A DNA stretch of 64,000 bases from Candidatus Marinacidobacterium sp. (GCA_965220965.1 OZ244852.1:480001-544000), one strand, 5' to 3'. Positions 40,285-56,032 are shown, numbered from the stretch's first letter. Made by a program: numbers and translations. Notes: generated from the sequence alone by a model not told the origin.

Positions 40285-40434
40285 CCGGCGGCCACGCCGC
40301 CTGAGGGGTCCCTGCGGGGACCCGTCCGGGCCTCGGCCCCAGGCTCGGTATCCCTCGCGCGGCGGCGGGTCGAATCCCGCCGCAATCGCGTCGGTGCCCC
40401 GGGCGGGGTCCGCTGACCCCGCCCGGGAGAGCGG

Positions 40435-41817
40435 TCAGCCGGTCTCGCCGGCGTAGTACTCGTTCGTCTTCTTCGCGACCAGCCCGCCGAGGAAGATCAG
40501 CCCGACCAGGTTCGGGAAGGCCATGAAGCCGTTCAGCAGGGTGCCGACGTTCCACACCGTCTCGACGGTCACGAGCCCGCCGATGAGCAGCAGCGCGACA
40601 TAGAGCACCCGGTAGGGGAAGATGCCTCTCTGGCCGAACATGTACTCCCAGCAGGTCTCGCCGTAGTAGTACCAGCCGATGATCGTCGAGAACCCGAAGA
40701 GGAAGGAGCACACCGCGACCACCATCGGCGCGAGGAAGTCGCCGAAGGTCGTCGAGAACGCGGCCGAGGTCAGGTCCCCGCTCGCCGCCTGGTACTCCGC
40801 CGCGGTCCAGAGCCCGGAGGAGATGATGGCGAAGGCCGTCATGCTGCAGACCACGATCGTGTCGATGAACACCTCGAATACGCCAACCAGCCCCTGATCG
40901 GTCGGGTGCTTCACCTGGGCGATCCCGTGCGCGATCGGGGCGCTTCCCAGACCGGCCTCGTTGGACAGCACGCCCCGGCTGATGCCGGCGGCGATCGCCT
41001 GGCGGACGCTGGCCCCGAGGAACCCGCCGGCGGCGGCCTGGGGCGAGAAGGCGTGCGCGAAGATCGTGCCGAACACCGCTGGCAGCGAGCTGATGTTGAT
41101 CAGCAGGTAGGTGAGCGCCATGCCGAGGTAGATGACCAGCATCGTCGGGACGAGCTTCTCGGCGACCGAGGCGATCCGCTTGATGCCGCCGAGGAGGACG
41201 AGCCCGACCGCGGCGGTGATCAGCAGGCCCGGAACCCACGGGGAGACCTCGAAACCGAGTCGGGAGGCGGCTTCCACGAACGTCCGGACGATCGTGTTCG
41301 ACTGGGCCATGTTCCCGGTGCCCAGCAGCGCGGTGGCCGCGCCGAAGATGCAGAACATGATCGCCAGGACCTTGGCGAAGCGCTTCCACCGGAGGCCGGC
41401 GACGATGTAGTACATCGGCCCGCTGGCGAAGTGTCCGTTCGCCTTCCGGGTGCGGTAGGTCACGCCGCAGACCGCCTCCGCGTACTTCGTCGCCATGCCC
41501 ACCAGCGCGGTGACCCACATCCAGAAGATGGCCCCGGGGCCTCCCACCAGAATCGCGGTGGCCACGCCTCCGATGTTGCCGTTCCCGACGGTTGACGCCA
41601 GCGCGGTGGACAGCGCCTGGAACGGCGTGATTTCACCTTCGGCGCCGTGCTGGTCGTGGCTCATGCCGCGCACGACCCGGCGCATTCCGGCGACGAATCC
41701 GCGGATCTGGACGAAGCCGGTGCGGACCGTGAGATAGAGCCCGCAGAAGACGAGCAGGAGGGGGAGGGCGTACCACTGGTAGATGGCGTTCGATGCCCAC
41801 GCGATGAATTCGGTCAT
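40435..41817 (-). CDS. Alanine/glycine:cation symporter (AGCS)
   Basis: ALASTVGNGNIGGVA, GGPGAIFWMW, SNEAGLGSAPIAH, EVFIDTIVVC. Confidence 0.95.
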   Translation of the reverse strand: MTEFIAWASNAIYQWYALPLLLVFCGLYLTVRTGFVQIRGFVAGMRRVVRGMSHDQHGAEGEITPFQALSTALASTVGNGNIGGVATAILVGGPGAIFWMWVTALVGMATKYAEAVCGVTYRTRKANGHFASGPMYYIVAGLRWKRFAKVLAIMFCIFGAATALLGTGNMAQSNTIVRTFVEAASRLGFEVSPWVPGLLITAAVGLVLLGGIKRIASVAEKLVPTMLVIYLGMALTYLLINISSLPAVFGTIFAHAFSPQAAAGGFLGASVRQAIAAGISRGVLSNEAGLGSAPIAHGIAQVKHPTDQGLVGVFEVFIDTIVVCSMTAFAIISSGLWTAAEYQAASGDLTSAAFSTTFGDFLAPMVVAVCSFLFGFSTIIGWYYYGETCWEYMFGQRGIFPYRVLYVALLLIGGLVTVETVWNVGTLLNGFMAFPNLVGLIFLGGLVAKKTNEYYAGETG

Positions 41818-41850
41818 GAAAGCGTTTCCTCGGTCGCGGCTGGAGCAGCT

Positions 41851-43209
41851 CTAGGCGAACAGCCGCAGGAAGATCAGGAACAGGAGGGCGGCCGGGGACA
41901 CGAAGCGGATCAGGAATCCCCAAAGCGCCGGACCCGGGAATCCGGGCCCGTCGCGCCGCAGCTCGTCGCCGGCGAACCGGGCGCCCCAGCGCCAGCCGAC
42001 GAACAGGCTGATGAGCAGCCCGCCGACCGGGAGCGCCCACTCGTTCCACACGTTGACCATCAGGTCGAAGAAGGAGCCGCCGATCCCGGGCAGGTCGGTC
42101 AGGAACCCGGGGCCGCCCCCGAACGACAGCGCGCAGGGGATGGCGAAGGCGAAACAGAAGACCGCGATGACGGCGGCCGCCTTGCGGCGCGACCACTGCC
42201 ACTGGTCGATCGCGTGGGACACCGGGACTTCCAGCAGCGAGATGGTTGACGTGAAGGCGGCCACCGAGAGCAGCAGGAAGAAAGCGCTTCCGAAGAGCAG
42301 CCCTCCGGGGAGCGTGGCGAAGAGTTGCGGGAGCACCGCAAAGATCAGACCAGGACCGCTCGCGCTCGGATCGAAACCGGCGATCGAGAAGCCGGCCGGA
42401 AAGATGATGAACCCGGCCAGCAACGCGATCAGCGTGTCGATGCCGACGATCGCCATCGCCGGGGCGCGAACGCTGTGCGAGCGATGCAGGTAGCTGCCGT
42501 AGGTGATCAGCGCTCCCATCCCGAGGCTCAGCGAGAAGAAGGCCTGTCCCACCGCGGCGCCCAGGACTTCGGGATTCAGCGCCTGCGAGAGGTCGGGACG
42601 AAGGTAGTAGGCCAGCCCTTCGCCCGCGCCGGGAAGCGTCACGGCGCGGATGGCGAGGATCACGAGGAGGACGAAGAGCAGCGGCATCATGAGCCGCGCG
42701 GCCGCCTCGATGCCCTTCTTGATCCCGCGGTTCACGCACCACGCGGTGATCGCGATGAACAGCCCGGTCGCCACCAGGTTCATCCACGACTGGCTCGCAA
42801 TGGCGTTGAACAGTTGGCCGGACGCCTCGGGGCCGCTCTCGAGGCCGCCGGTGACCGCGAGCCGGAGGTACTGGACGGTCCAGCCGGCGATCACCGAGTA
42901 GAACGAGAGGATGAAGGTGCCCGCCGAGACCGCCAGGATGCCGATCAGCCACCAGGGCCCGGTCGGGGCGATCCGGCGCACGGCGCCCATCGGCCCGAGC
43001 TGGCTGTGTCGTCCGAGAACGACCTCGCCGAGGAGGATCGGGGCGCAGATGAAGACGACGGCGATCAGATAGACGAGGACGAACGCGGCGCCGCCGCCCT
43101 GACCGACCTGGGTGGGGAATCCCCAGATGTTCCCGAGCCCGACGGCCGAGCCGGTGGCCGCGAGGATGAAACCGGTGCGGGAGCCCCACCGGCCACGGTC
43201 TTCAGACAT
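41851..43209 (-). CDS. Sodium-dependent transporter, NSS/SNF family
   Basis: GSAVGLGNIWGFP, GQAFFSLSLGMG, GPGLIF, TSTISLLE. Confidence 0.95.
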   Translation of the reverse strand: MSEDRGRWGSRTGFILAATGSAVGLGNIWGFPTQVGQGGGAAFVLVYLIAVVFICAPILLGEVVLGRHSQLGPMGAVRRIAPTGPWWLIGILAVSAGTFILSFYSVIAGWTVQYLRLAVTGGLESGPEASGQLFNAIASQSWMNLVATGLFIAITAWCVNRGIKKGIEAAARLMMPLLFVLLVILAIRAVTLPGAGEGLAYYLRPDLSQALNPEVLGAAVGQAFFSLSLGMGALITYGSYLHRSHSVRAPAMAIVGIDTLIALLAGFIIFPAGFSIAGFDPSASGPGLIFAVLPQLFATLPGGLLFGSAFFLLLSVAAFTSTISLLEVPVSHAIDQWQWSRRKAAAVIAVFCFAFAIPCALSFGGGPGFLTDLPGIGGSFFDLMVNVWNEWALPVGGLLISLFVGWRWGARFAGDELRRDGPGFPGPALWGFLIRFVSPAALLFLIFLRLFA

Positions 43210-43269
43210 GATGTTCTCTCCGTTCGTCGGACAAAGGGCGGCGCCGGGAGGAGACCTCCGCGGGCCGCG

Positions 43270-44148
43270 TCATTCGCCGAGCGGCCGGACCTCGCCGGCC
43301 ATCGAGATGCGGAAGATGGCGCCAGCGTGCGCGTCGGCGGCCAGCAGGTCGCCTTCCGGGAGGACCGCCAGCCCCTGCGGGCTCACCAGCGGTTCGCCCT
43401 GGACCAGGACCGAGACCCGTCCCTCGGGGCTCACCCGCCAGATGCACCGCGCGTAGCCGTCGGTGACGAAGAAGCCCCCGTCCGGGGCCCGGACGAAATC
43501 GTGCGGGAACTCGAAAGGGGGGGACTGGATGAGGGCGGTGGTGGTCCCCGCCTCGAGCCGCAGGACGTTGCGGTCCGTCAGGATGTGAACGACGGACCCG
43601 TCCCCCTCCGCCAGAATGGCGCGCGGCGCCGCGATATCGGCGAGGTCGTCGGCGCCGTCGCGGCCCAGCCGCCGCAGGCGCTGCGTGACCCGGTCGACCG
43701 CCAGCAGGTCGCCCGACGGGAGCTCCGCGACTCCCCAGGGCGTCACGAACCGCTCGTCGTCCGGGATGCGCTCGATGGCGCCCTCCGAAACGCGGTACAG
43801 CCCCATCGTCGCGGGATCGCTCGCCACGACGCCTCCGCCTTCCAGCGGCGCGATGTGACGGATCCCGAACAGCGGCGTGCGGGGAAGGCCCTCGCCCCGG
43901 GCGACGACCTCGTAGCCGGCACCGGTCCACCGGAGCAGGGCGGCGGCCTCGAGGTCCGCCACGTAGATCTGACCCTCGGCGGACACCGCCACATCCACCG
44001 GGTAGATCAGCTCCTCGGTCGCGGCGACCGCGTCGGGCGGGAGAAACAGCGCTCCCAGAAGGACGGCGAACGCCGCCCAGCCGGTCGGGCCGGCGCGTTC
44101 CGCGACGCCCGTGAAAGGGACCGCCGGGAGGCCGCGACGAGAGTGCAA
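43270..44148 (-). CDS. Secreted NHL-like beta-propeller protein (start uncertain)
   Basis: Repeats YPVDVAV, TPWGVA, FPHDFV, SPQGLAV after a hydrophobic signal. Confidence 0.7.
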   Translation of the reverse strand: MHSRRGLPAVPFTGVAERAGPTGWAAFAVLLGALFLPPDAVAATEELIYPVDVAVSAEGQIYVADLEAAALLRWTGAGYEVVARGEGLPRTPLFGIRHIAPLEGGGVVASDPATMGLYRVSEGAIERIPDDERFVTPWGVAELPSGDLLAVDRVTQRLRRLGRDGADDLADIAAPRAILAEGDGSVVHILTDRNVLRLEAGTTTALIQSPPFEFPHDFVRAPDGGFFVTDGYARCIWRVSPEGRVSVLVQGEPLVSPQGLAVLPEGDLLAADAHAGAIFRISMAGEVRPLGE

Positions 44149-44415
44149 TGGGAGGGGAGGTGGCCCGCGCCGGGCAGCGAGTGTATCAGCCGGTCCGACA
44201 GGCCGGGAGGCATACAATTGACGCGCTGGGACGGCGGGTCATCCGGAAAGCGAGTCCGGATCGGCCGCCGTTCCCTTTTTTCTTGCGACCTCTCCCCCGG
44301 GGACGGTCCGGCGGGCCCCGATCGGCGCCCGCGCGGCCGGCTCGCGGGTCCTCTTCCGGGACGCGCCGAGGCGAGAGGGCCCTGGCTGCCGGATCGGCCG
44401 TGACCGGAGGCTTCC

Positions 44416-46461
<2,046 letters not shown>

Positions 46462-46473
46462 ATCGGTAACGGC

Positions 46474-46528
46474 GCGACGCGCCCTCGCGGCGCGTCGCCG
46501 AGCCCGCCGCGCTCGGTTCGCGGCGGGC
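46474..46528. terminator. Tandem hairpins between convergent genes
   Basis: GCGACGCGCC-N5-GGCGCGTCGC and GCCCGCCGCG-N7-CGCGGCGGGC, two 10-bp stems. Confidence 0.55.
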
Positions 46529-48549
46529 GGCTCACTCGCCTGGAGGCGGCTCCAGGCGGGTGAGCAGCGTCTGCGCTTCCTGGGCGAACGGATCGTCCGC
46601 CGGCACCGAGCGGAGCAGCTCCCGCGCTTCGACGAACCGCTGCTGCGAGAGCCGCGTCACCGCCATGAAGAAGCGGATCCCGGGCTGCGCCGGATTCAGC
46701 CGGTAGCTCTGCTCGAAGGCCCGCTCGGCGGCCCCCGGGTTGCCGTCGAGCACGTGGAACCGGCCCAGGTTGAGTTGCTGGGGCGCGTCGTCGGCGTAGA
46801 AGTTGCCCCGGATCGCGTGGACGCGCTTGGCGAGTTCGAAGCTCTCCTCCGCCTCGCCGTCGAGCTCGCGGATGCCGAGGTTCAGCAGCGAGATCGCGGT
46901 GTTCATCCGCACGACCCGGCTCTCGTCCTGGATCCGCTCGATCAGGGCCTCCCGGACGCCGGGGAAGGAGGCGTCGCCCGATTCTCCGAGCTTGAGCGAG
47001 GCGACCGAGCGGACGAGCGGGTGGGGATCCCCGGCCACTTCGAGGAGCGCCCCGATGGCCGCCGGACGGGTCGTCTCGTCCGCCAGGTAGCGGCCCAGGT
47101 GTCCGGCGGCGTTCGCCCGGTTCACCGGCCCCTCGGAGGGGTCCGCGGAGATGGCGAGGAGGTGGTCGAGGGCTTCGCGGCTGAGGTCGCGCGCTCCGGA
47201 GTAGGCGTCGGCCCTGCGCTCGATCCTCGTCCGTCGGGGGGTGTCCTCCCCCCACCACTCGTCCATCCGCGCGGTGGCCCACTCGGGGGTCTCGGAGGAG
47301 TGGCACTCGGTGCACGCGTTCGGGATTCCGTAGCGCGCGGTGTTGCGCGGCGACGGGATCGAGATGCTGTGATCGCGCATCCGCGCCCGGATGCTCACCA
47401 CGCTGCGGGGCATGTGGCACTCGACGCAGGAGCTGCCGGAGCTGTCCTCGGCGTGGAAGGTGTGCGCCGTCAGGTCCTCGCCGATCTGCGTGTGGCACCG
47501 GGTGCACAGCGCGTTGTTCGTCGGCAGGAGCTGCTCGTTCTGCTCGATGTCGGGACGGTGCGGGTCGATGTGGCAGCCGGTGCAGGTCGCGTTCCCCTCG
47601 ACGAAGCACTGGCTCTGCCAGATCCCCAGGGTGTTCGTGGAAAACCGCCGCGTCTTGCCGTCGGTGTACCAGGTTGGGTCCTCGGAGGGCTCCTGGGTGT
47701 ACTCGAGGAGCGGGAAGAAGAAATCGAAGTAGTTGTCTCCCGCGGCGAACCCGAACGCCATCTGATCGCGGAACGAGTGGCACTGGGCGCACACCATGGA
47801 GTTCCGCTCGTGGTCGAGCCGGGTCTGCTCGACGATGTGGACCTCGGGGTCATCCCCGTAGCGGTCCAGGTTCGTGTACTTGTCGACGTGCCGGCTTCCG
47901 GGTCCATGGCAGCGCTCGCAGGTCGTGCCGAAGTCGAGCCAGGTCGTGTCGTAGCGGGCCTCCGTGGGGCGGTAGCCCTTGATCTGGTCGCTCACATGGC
48001 AGCCGAAACAGTTCTTGTTCCACAACTGGACCGGGATGATCCCCTCTCGCTGGTCCGGGGCGGCGATCTCCAGGTTGTGGAACCACTCGCGCCGGAGCAC
48101 GTCCCAGGTGGGCGGGAGGACGATGACGCGCCCGTCCTCGAGCGTCGTCAGGTAGTGCTGGATCCGCCGGTTCCCGAGGGTGTAGTCGATCCGGTGCTCG
48201 ACCGGCTCTCCGGTGAAGAAGGACTCGGTGATGAAGTAGTTCGATCCGGTCCGCCGGACCTGGTAGGGCTGCCCCCGCAACTGGAGCGCGCCGGCGCTGA
48301 AGTCCCCTCGGACGCCCGAGGGCGTCGCCGGCTGCACCATCTTCGAGTGCCGCGAAGCGGTCCAGGACTCGTGCGTCGCCTCGTGGCACACCACGCACCG
48401 CGCGTTCCCCACCATCATCGCCGGCTGCTCGGCGAGCGGGGGGGGCGCGACCTGGGCGTTCGCGGCGCCCGGCGGCTGCGGGCTGGCGCCCAGGAAGAAC
48501 AGTCCGAGCACGGCGGTGAGCCCGGTCCCGGCGCAGGCGAGCCGCAGGC

Positions 48550-50222
<1,673 letters not shown>

Positions 50223-50226
<4 letters not shown>

Positions 50227-52988
50227 CGGGGATCGCCGGCCCCGTCCGGGACGAAGAAGCTCCGGTGCTCGTGGATCGGGAGTCGCTGGTTGTTGTCGTG
50301 GGGATGGGCGCGCCGGTACTCCCCGGTGAGGAACTGCGCCGACTCGTCCGCCTTGAACCGCGTGTAGAGCGCGCGGTGGGCGGCGGCGCGCTCCGGGTCG
50401 CGCAGGCCCTGGTGGCTCAGCATCAGGTTGTAGTGCGCCTCGAGGTCCTCGGGATCGATCCGCAGCGTGCGCTCGAGCACCTCGACGGCGTCGGCGTACT
50501 CGCGCTTGAGGAAGAGGAGCCGCCCGACCTGGTTGTTCACGACCCGGTCCCGGGGATGGTCCTCCTGAACCCGGGTGAGCGCGGCGAGGGCCTCGTCGTA
50601 GGCACCGAGAGCCTTGTGGGCCATGGCGCGGAAGAAGAGCGCGCGCGGCAGCCCGGGCGCCAGCTCGAGGGCCCGGGCGGTCGCCTCCAGGGCGCGATCG
50701 GGGTCGCCCTCCTGGAGATGGACCCGCGCCAGATTCACCGAGGCGTCGGGGTACTCGGGTGCGAGCGACTCGACGGTCCGGAACGCCGCCTCGGCGCCTC
50801 GCAGATCGCCGGCGAGGAGCAGGGCGATCCCGTAGTCGTTGAACCGCAGCGCCCTCGCCAGGCCGGCCTCGGGATCGACTGGCGGCGACGCCTCGGGGGC
50901 CACCGGAAGCCGGACCGAGGCCGAGGCCATCTCGATGACCGGAACCTCCGGCGCGCTGACCGCCGGGTCGAACGAGACGGGCCGGTCATCGAAGTCGGGC
51001 GAGACGTCCCCCTCCTCCCCGAGCACTCCGCGGAAGGCCCACTGGGTGTGCCACCACTGGAACTTGCGGTAGTTGACCCGGGCGGTCAGGGTCACCGGCC
51101 CCTCGATGGTCTCGGGAACCTCGAGCCGGTAGCGGATCGCGTGGGCCGCTCCGGGAGGGATCTGGGCGATGTAGAGGGCGCTGCGCGCGGCCCAGGCGTT
51201 TCGCTTGTTGATCGGATTTCCGCGCCCATCGAGCATCAGGGACCGGAAGAAATGCGCCGACGGGTCCACCGGGGCGTCGGCGTCCCTCGCGGCGGGCTCC
51301 CCGGGGTGTCCGGTGAACCCGCTCCAGAAGAACGGGACTCCGTGGCGGTCCTCGGCCCGGAACTCCACCCAGACTTCCTGGGCGTCCACCGTGCCGCTCG
51401 GGAAGAAGTGCCCCACCTTGCGGGTGCGCACCACGACATCCACCCGCACCGACTCCCCGGGGACGAGCGTCGGAAGGGCTTCGTCGAGCGGCGCGACGAC
51501 CTCGCCCACCGGGCCGGCGGCGGGATAGCGGCGGGGCGCCGCCAGGGCTTCCTCGCCCACCGCGAACGTGGAGGCCAGCGCCAGCGGATCCGGCGCCGCG
51601 GGCGCGGGGCCCGGCGGCGCTTCGCCTCCCGGCTCCTCCGGGTCCCGGACCACCGCGAACACATCGACGCTCACCTGCCCGGCGCGCAGGAAGTCCCGCA
51701 CCGCCTGGAGCTGGTCGTCGAGCCCGAAGTGGGTCGGGAGCGCGGTGTTCGCCGCGGCGAAACGGTGGGAGCGGATCAGCCCCCCGGGCGCCGCCGGGTC
51801 GGTTCCGGGAACCTGCGGCATGTGGCACCCGGCGCAGGTCTCGGGTTGCTCGGGGTAGTAGAACGAGCGCGCGCCCTCTCCGGAGACGCCGCTCGCCTGC
51901 CAGTTGTCGTAGCTGTTGAAGCCGCGAAGCCACCGGTAGTGGTTGACCGGCTCATCGAGATGGACCTTGTGGCAGGTCGAGCAGAACGCGGAGCTGTCTC
52001 CGGTGTGGAGCGGCTTCAGGAACGCCGTCCGGTGGGGTTCGGGGTCCAGGTGGATCACCAGATCGTGGAGCGCCCGGAGCAGGGGGTCCTCCGAGGCCGC
52101 CAGGTCGTGCATCTCGGGGTACTCGATCACGAACCCGGCGTTTCCCGCGGTGTTCTTCACGCGGGTGATCGCGTGGCACGAGACGCACCCGAGCCCGGCG
52201 CTCGCCGAGGGACGATCCACGATCTCTTCGAGGGGCCGGTCCATGAGCCCGCTGAACAGCACGGCGTGGTCGTGGCAGCCGGCGCACCACTTCGACGGGG
52301 TGACCCCCACGACCTCCTGCATGTACTCGATGGAGCGGCGGTACCACGGGTTGTTGAACGAGGCGAAGCGGTGGGCCGACTCGCTCCACTCGCGGGTGAT
52401 GTCCGCGTGGCATCGCCCGCACGACTCGCTCTCCAGGAAGAACTCTTCCGGGATCAGCCCTCCGTCCGCCGTCTCCGCGGCGGAAGGGAAGAACGGCCCA
52501 TCCGCGCCCCCCATGGCCTCGCCCTCCATCGTCATCGGGGCAAGCCCGGCGTTCAGCGCGGGCGCCGTTTCCGGGACGGCGCGGCGAAGCGCTCCGCCGG
52601 CCGCGAAGCCCACCGCGAGGATCAGGGGCGCCACGAGCTGGCGGCGGTGCGCGAGCAGGATCGCGAGCGCGGCCGCCGCCGCGAGGTGGACCCACAGAAC
52701 GGGGCGGGTCGCGGGGCTCGAGCCCAGGACGAGGAGCCCGACCCCCGAGAGCGCGGTGACCCCTCCCGCAAGCAGGAACAGCGGGCGGCGGGGGTCGCCC
52801 GCGAGGGCCTTCGCGAGCCGCTTCCAGGTCCAGACCGCGAGCTTCAGTCCGGCGATCCCGAGAACCGGGTGAAGCAGGATCTGCGCGGCGTGGAAGAGGC
52901 TGGCCTCCCGCGCCGCGATCAGGTAGCCGGCGTTCAGCAGGAGCAGCGCGGCGGTGGCGCGCAGGAACAGCGCAGCCGACGGCTTCAT
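50223..52988 (-). CDS. Membrane-anchored multiheme cytochrome c (5 CxxCH) with TPR repeats
   Basis: N-terminal TMs; CGRCH, CAGCH, CVSCH, CSTCH, CAGCH; GHFFPSG; TPR tail. Confidence 0.88.
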
Positions 52989-52992
52989 GCTG

Positions 52993-53712
52993 TCAGATTA
53001 CGCCCCCGGGCGGATCGGAGGCCGGGCCGGCGCCCCCGGCTTCCACTCCGGCCTCGCGCAGCGCTCGCCGGGCGATGCGGGTGATCAGCACCGTCACCAC
53101 GACGAACGCGGTGAGCCCGACGGCCTGAACGGCGAGCTGCAGCCCCTCGGCGTTCCCCGAGACGGTGCGCGCCACGTTGCCCCCGACGTAGCCCAGGTAG
53201 ATGTAGAGACACGTCCCGGGGAGGATGCCGGTCGCGGAGGCCAGCAGGTAGGCGCCAAACCGCACGCCGGTGAGGCCGTACGCGTAGTTCAGGAACGTGA
53301 ACGGAAACACCGGGGTCAGCCGCGTCAGGAACACGATCTTGCCGCCCTCGGCGGCGACCGCGCGGTCCACGGCGGCGAAGGAGGGTTTCCCCGCGAGGAA
53401 CCGTCGCACCCGATCTCGCCCGAGTCGTCGGGCCGCGAGGAACGCGAAGGCCAGCCCGGCGGTCGCCCCGACCCAGACCGCGGCGGCGCCCTGAAACGGG
53501 CCGAAGACCGCGCCGGCGAAGAGCGTGAGCGCGGAGCCCGGAACCGCGATGACGGTGGCGACGGCGTAGATCGCGGCGAACACCAGCAGACCCGGGGCCC
53601 CAAGCGCCTCGGTCCTCCGGGCCGCCGCCTCGATCCACTCACCCACCGGCAGGAGCGTGAAGGCCGCAACCAGCAGCGCCAGCGCCGCCCCGGCAAGAAG
53701 GATCCTCTTCAT
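52993..53712 (-). CDS. TVP38/TMEM64 (VTT/DedA) membrane protein
   Basis: VPGSALTLFAGAVFG, RLTPVFPFTFLNYAYGLT; start overlaps the upstream stop. Confidence 0.92.
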   Translation of the reverse strand: MKRILLAGAALALLVAAFTLLPVGEWIEAAARRTEALGAPGLLVFAAIYAVATVIAVPGSALTLFAGAVFGPFQGAAAVWVGATAGLAFAFLAARRLGRDRVRRFLAGKPSFAAVDRAVAAEGGKIVFLTRLTPVFPFTFLNYAYGLTGVRFGAYLLASATGILPGTCLYIYLGYVGGNVARTVSGNAEGLQLAVQAVGLTAFVVVTVLITRIARRALREAGVEAGGAGPASDPPGGVI

Positions 53713-55163
53713 CGCCGGATCCGGTAAAGCCATGAGAAAAGGGCCCTGGCCCGCGGCGTGAGCCGGGTGCGCTGGTAGGCGTCCGCCACCCGCTGCGCCG
53801 CCTGCGCCCAGGTCGGGTACGCGTGGATCGCGCTCGAGATCGCGGCCAGCCCGATGCCGTGGCGGGCGGCGAGCATCAGTTCGTGCAGGACTTCGCCGGC
53901 GCGGGCGCCGACGACGGTGGCCCCGAGGATCCGGTCCTTGCCGCGCGCGGTCACGACCTTGACGAAACCGCGTCGGGAGGACTCGGTGATGGCGCGGTCC
54001 AGTCCGGCGTTCGCGAACCGGTGGACCGAAACGGGCGTCCCGTTCTCGAGCGCATCCTCCTCGCGCAGGCCGAAGTGGGCGATTTCGGGATCCACATAGG
54101 TGACCCACGGCACGTGGCGGTAGTCGGCCTTCGCCCGGGGGACCGGCCACGGGAGAAGGGCGTTCCGGACCACGACCCGCGCCTGGTGGTCGGCGGTGTG
54201 GGTGAACCGGTAGGGCCCGGCGACGTCGCCGAGAGCGAAGACGCCTCTCACGTTCGTGCGAAGCGCGGCGTCGACCGGGATCCCCGCTTCGGGGTCGTAG
54301 CGCACTCCGGCGGCTTCGAGGCCCAGATCGGTGACGTTCGGCGAGCGCCCGGCGGCGACCAGGAGCCGTTCCGCCTCGACCGATCGCCCGCCGTCCGGCG
54401 TCTCCACCTCGGCCCGGATCCGCCCCTCCGGCGTCTGCGCGAAGGACTTCACCCGGCAGCGGGTCAGCACCTCGATGTCCTCTTCGGCGAACGCGTCGTG
54501 GAGCGCTTCCGAGGCCTCCCGGTCGTCGCGCGGGAGAAGCCGCTCCACATCGGTGAGGAGCGTCACCCGGGACCCCAGTCGGGCCATCACCTGTCCGAGT
54601 TCACATCCGATGGGGCCGCCGCCGAGCACCAGGAGGGACTCCGGCGCGGCGTCCTGGCCGTCGAAGAACGTCTCGTTCGTCAGGAACGGCGCGTCCTTCA
54701 GGCCGGGGATATCGGGGACACGCGGGCTCGTTCCGGTGGCCACCGCGAAGTGGGCGCCCCGGAGCCGGGCGCCGTCATCGAGTTCGACCTCGCGGGGGCT
54801 GACGAACCGGGCTCTGGCCTGGAACACGTCCACGCCGAGACCGGTGAATCGCTCGACCGAGTCGTGCGGCGCGATCTCGGCGCGCCGGTCGCGCATCGCC
54901 GCGAAGACCCGCTCGCTGCGCAGCCGCAGATCGGGTGGGTCGAACCCGTGCTCGGCGGCGCGGCGGATCGTGTGAACCCGCTTGGCCGCGGCCACCAGCG
55001 CCTTCGAGGGGACACAGCCGAAATTGAGACAATCGCCGCCCATGAGACGGGCTTCCACCAGGGCGGCTCGTCCTCCGAGGCCCGCCGTTCCGGCGGCGGT
55101 CACCAGACCGGCGGTTCCGGCGCCGATCACGACGATGTTGTACCGGCCTTCGCCCCTTTGCAC
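53709..55163 (-). CDS. Class I pyridine nucleotide-disulfide oxidoreductase (MerA/Lpd-like)
   Basis: GAGTAG, GGDCLNFGCVPSK, GGGPIGCE, HAYPT; no C-terminal Cys-Cys. Confidence 0.9.
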   Translation of the reverse strand: MQRGEGRYNIVVIGAGTAGLVTAAGTAGLGGRAALVEARLMGGDCLNFGCVPSKALVAAAKRVHTIRRAAEHGFDPPDLRLRSERVFAAMRDRRAEIAPHDSVERFTGLGVDVFQARARFVSPREVELDDGARLRGAHFAVATGTSPRVPDIPGLKDAPFLTNETFFDGQDAAPESLLVLGGGPIGCELGQVMARLGSRVTLLTDVERLLPRDDREASEALHDAFAEEDIEVLTRCRVKSFAQTPEGRIRAEVETPDGGRSVEAERLLVAAGRSPNVTDLGLEAAGVRYDPEAGIPVDAALRTNVRGVFALGDVAGPYRFTHTADHQARVVVRNALLPWPVPRAKADYRHVPWVTYVDPEIAHFGLREEDALENGTPVSVHRFANAGLDRAITESSRRGFVKVVTARGKDRILGATVVGARAGEVLHELMLAARHGIGLAAISSAIHAYPTWAQAAQRVADAYQRTRLTPRARALFSWLYRIRR

Positions 55164-55268
55164 CCCGGTTCGTCTGCTCCTGCGCCGGAGGGAACTCTAT
55201 TCGCTGTCCGTTGGCCCGATTGACGGGCCGGGAGCGTCGCGCCTCGGGGCCGGGGCGCGGCCCGCTTC

Positions 55269-55958
55269 GTGAGCGACCGATCGGCGCGTCCGGGGCGCCG
55301 GGGCGTTCTCGGCATCGACGAAGCCGGTCGCGGCGCGGTCCTCGGGCCGCTGGTGGTGGCGGGCGTCGTGCTGGATCCGCTGAAGGCGGGCGCCCTCACC
55401 CGTCTCGGAGTGCGGGACTCGAAGGGCCTCGGCGCCGGAGAGGCCGCCTACACCCGCCGCAGCGCGCTCGCCGCCCATGTCCGGCGACTGGCGGACTTCG
55501 TCGGCATCCGCGTGTTCGATGCCGGAGAGGTGGACCGCTATGTGGAGTCGGGTGGCCTGAACCTGCTGGAGCGCCACGCGGCCGAAGCCATTCTCGGGGA
55601 AGCCGGTCCGGTCCGGCGCGTTCTGGCGGACGGCCGCAGCCTCTTCGGGGCGCTCGCCGCCCGGTATCCGCACTTCCAGGCGGTCGACCGGGCGGAGTCC
55701 CGCCACGTGGCGGTGGCGGCGGCGAGCGTCGTGGCCAAGGACGCGCGCGACACCCTCTTCCGCCGCATCGCGGAGGGCTACCGGGAACGTTTCGGCGAGG
55801 TCGGCGGAGGGGGTTACGTCAACGCCGCGACCGAGGCGTTCCTGCGCCGCTACCACGACCGCACCGGCCTCCTGCCGCGCGAGACCCGGCAAAGCTGGAG
55901 CTGGAGCGTGGTCCGGGAGTTCGCCGGACCCCAGCGGCTTTGGGACGGGGGGGACTGA
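55269..55958 (+). CDS. rnhB: Ribonuclease HII
   Basis: GIDEAGRGAVLGPLVV, VRDSK, VAAASVVAK, GGGY. Confidence 0.9.
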   Translation: MSDRSARPGRRGVLGIDEAGRGAVLGPLVVAGVVLDPLKAGALTRLGVRDSKGLGAGEAAYTRRSALAAHVRRLADFVGIRVFDAGEVDRYVESGGLNLLERHAAEAILGEAGPVRRVLADGRSLFGALAARYPHFQAVDRAESRHVAVAAASVVAKDARDTLFRRIAEGYRERFGEVGGGGYVNAATEAFLRRYHDRTGLLPRETRQSWSWSVVREFAGPQRLWDGGD

Positions 55959-56032
55959 ACCGGACGTTCAGCTCCTCCCGAAGACGCTCCGCGAGCGCGG
56001 AGTCGTCGCCGGCGGCCAGTGGCGCCGGCCCG

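Noticed and set aside
53709-55163. merA / mercury resistance
   Set aside because: No C-terminal Cys-Cys, no NmerA domain and no mer operon genes.
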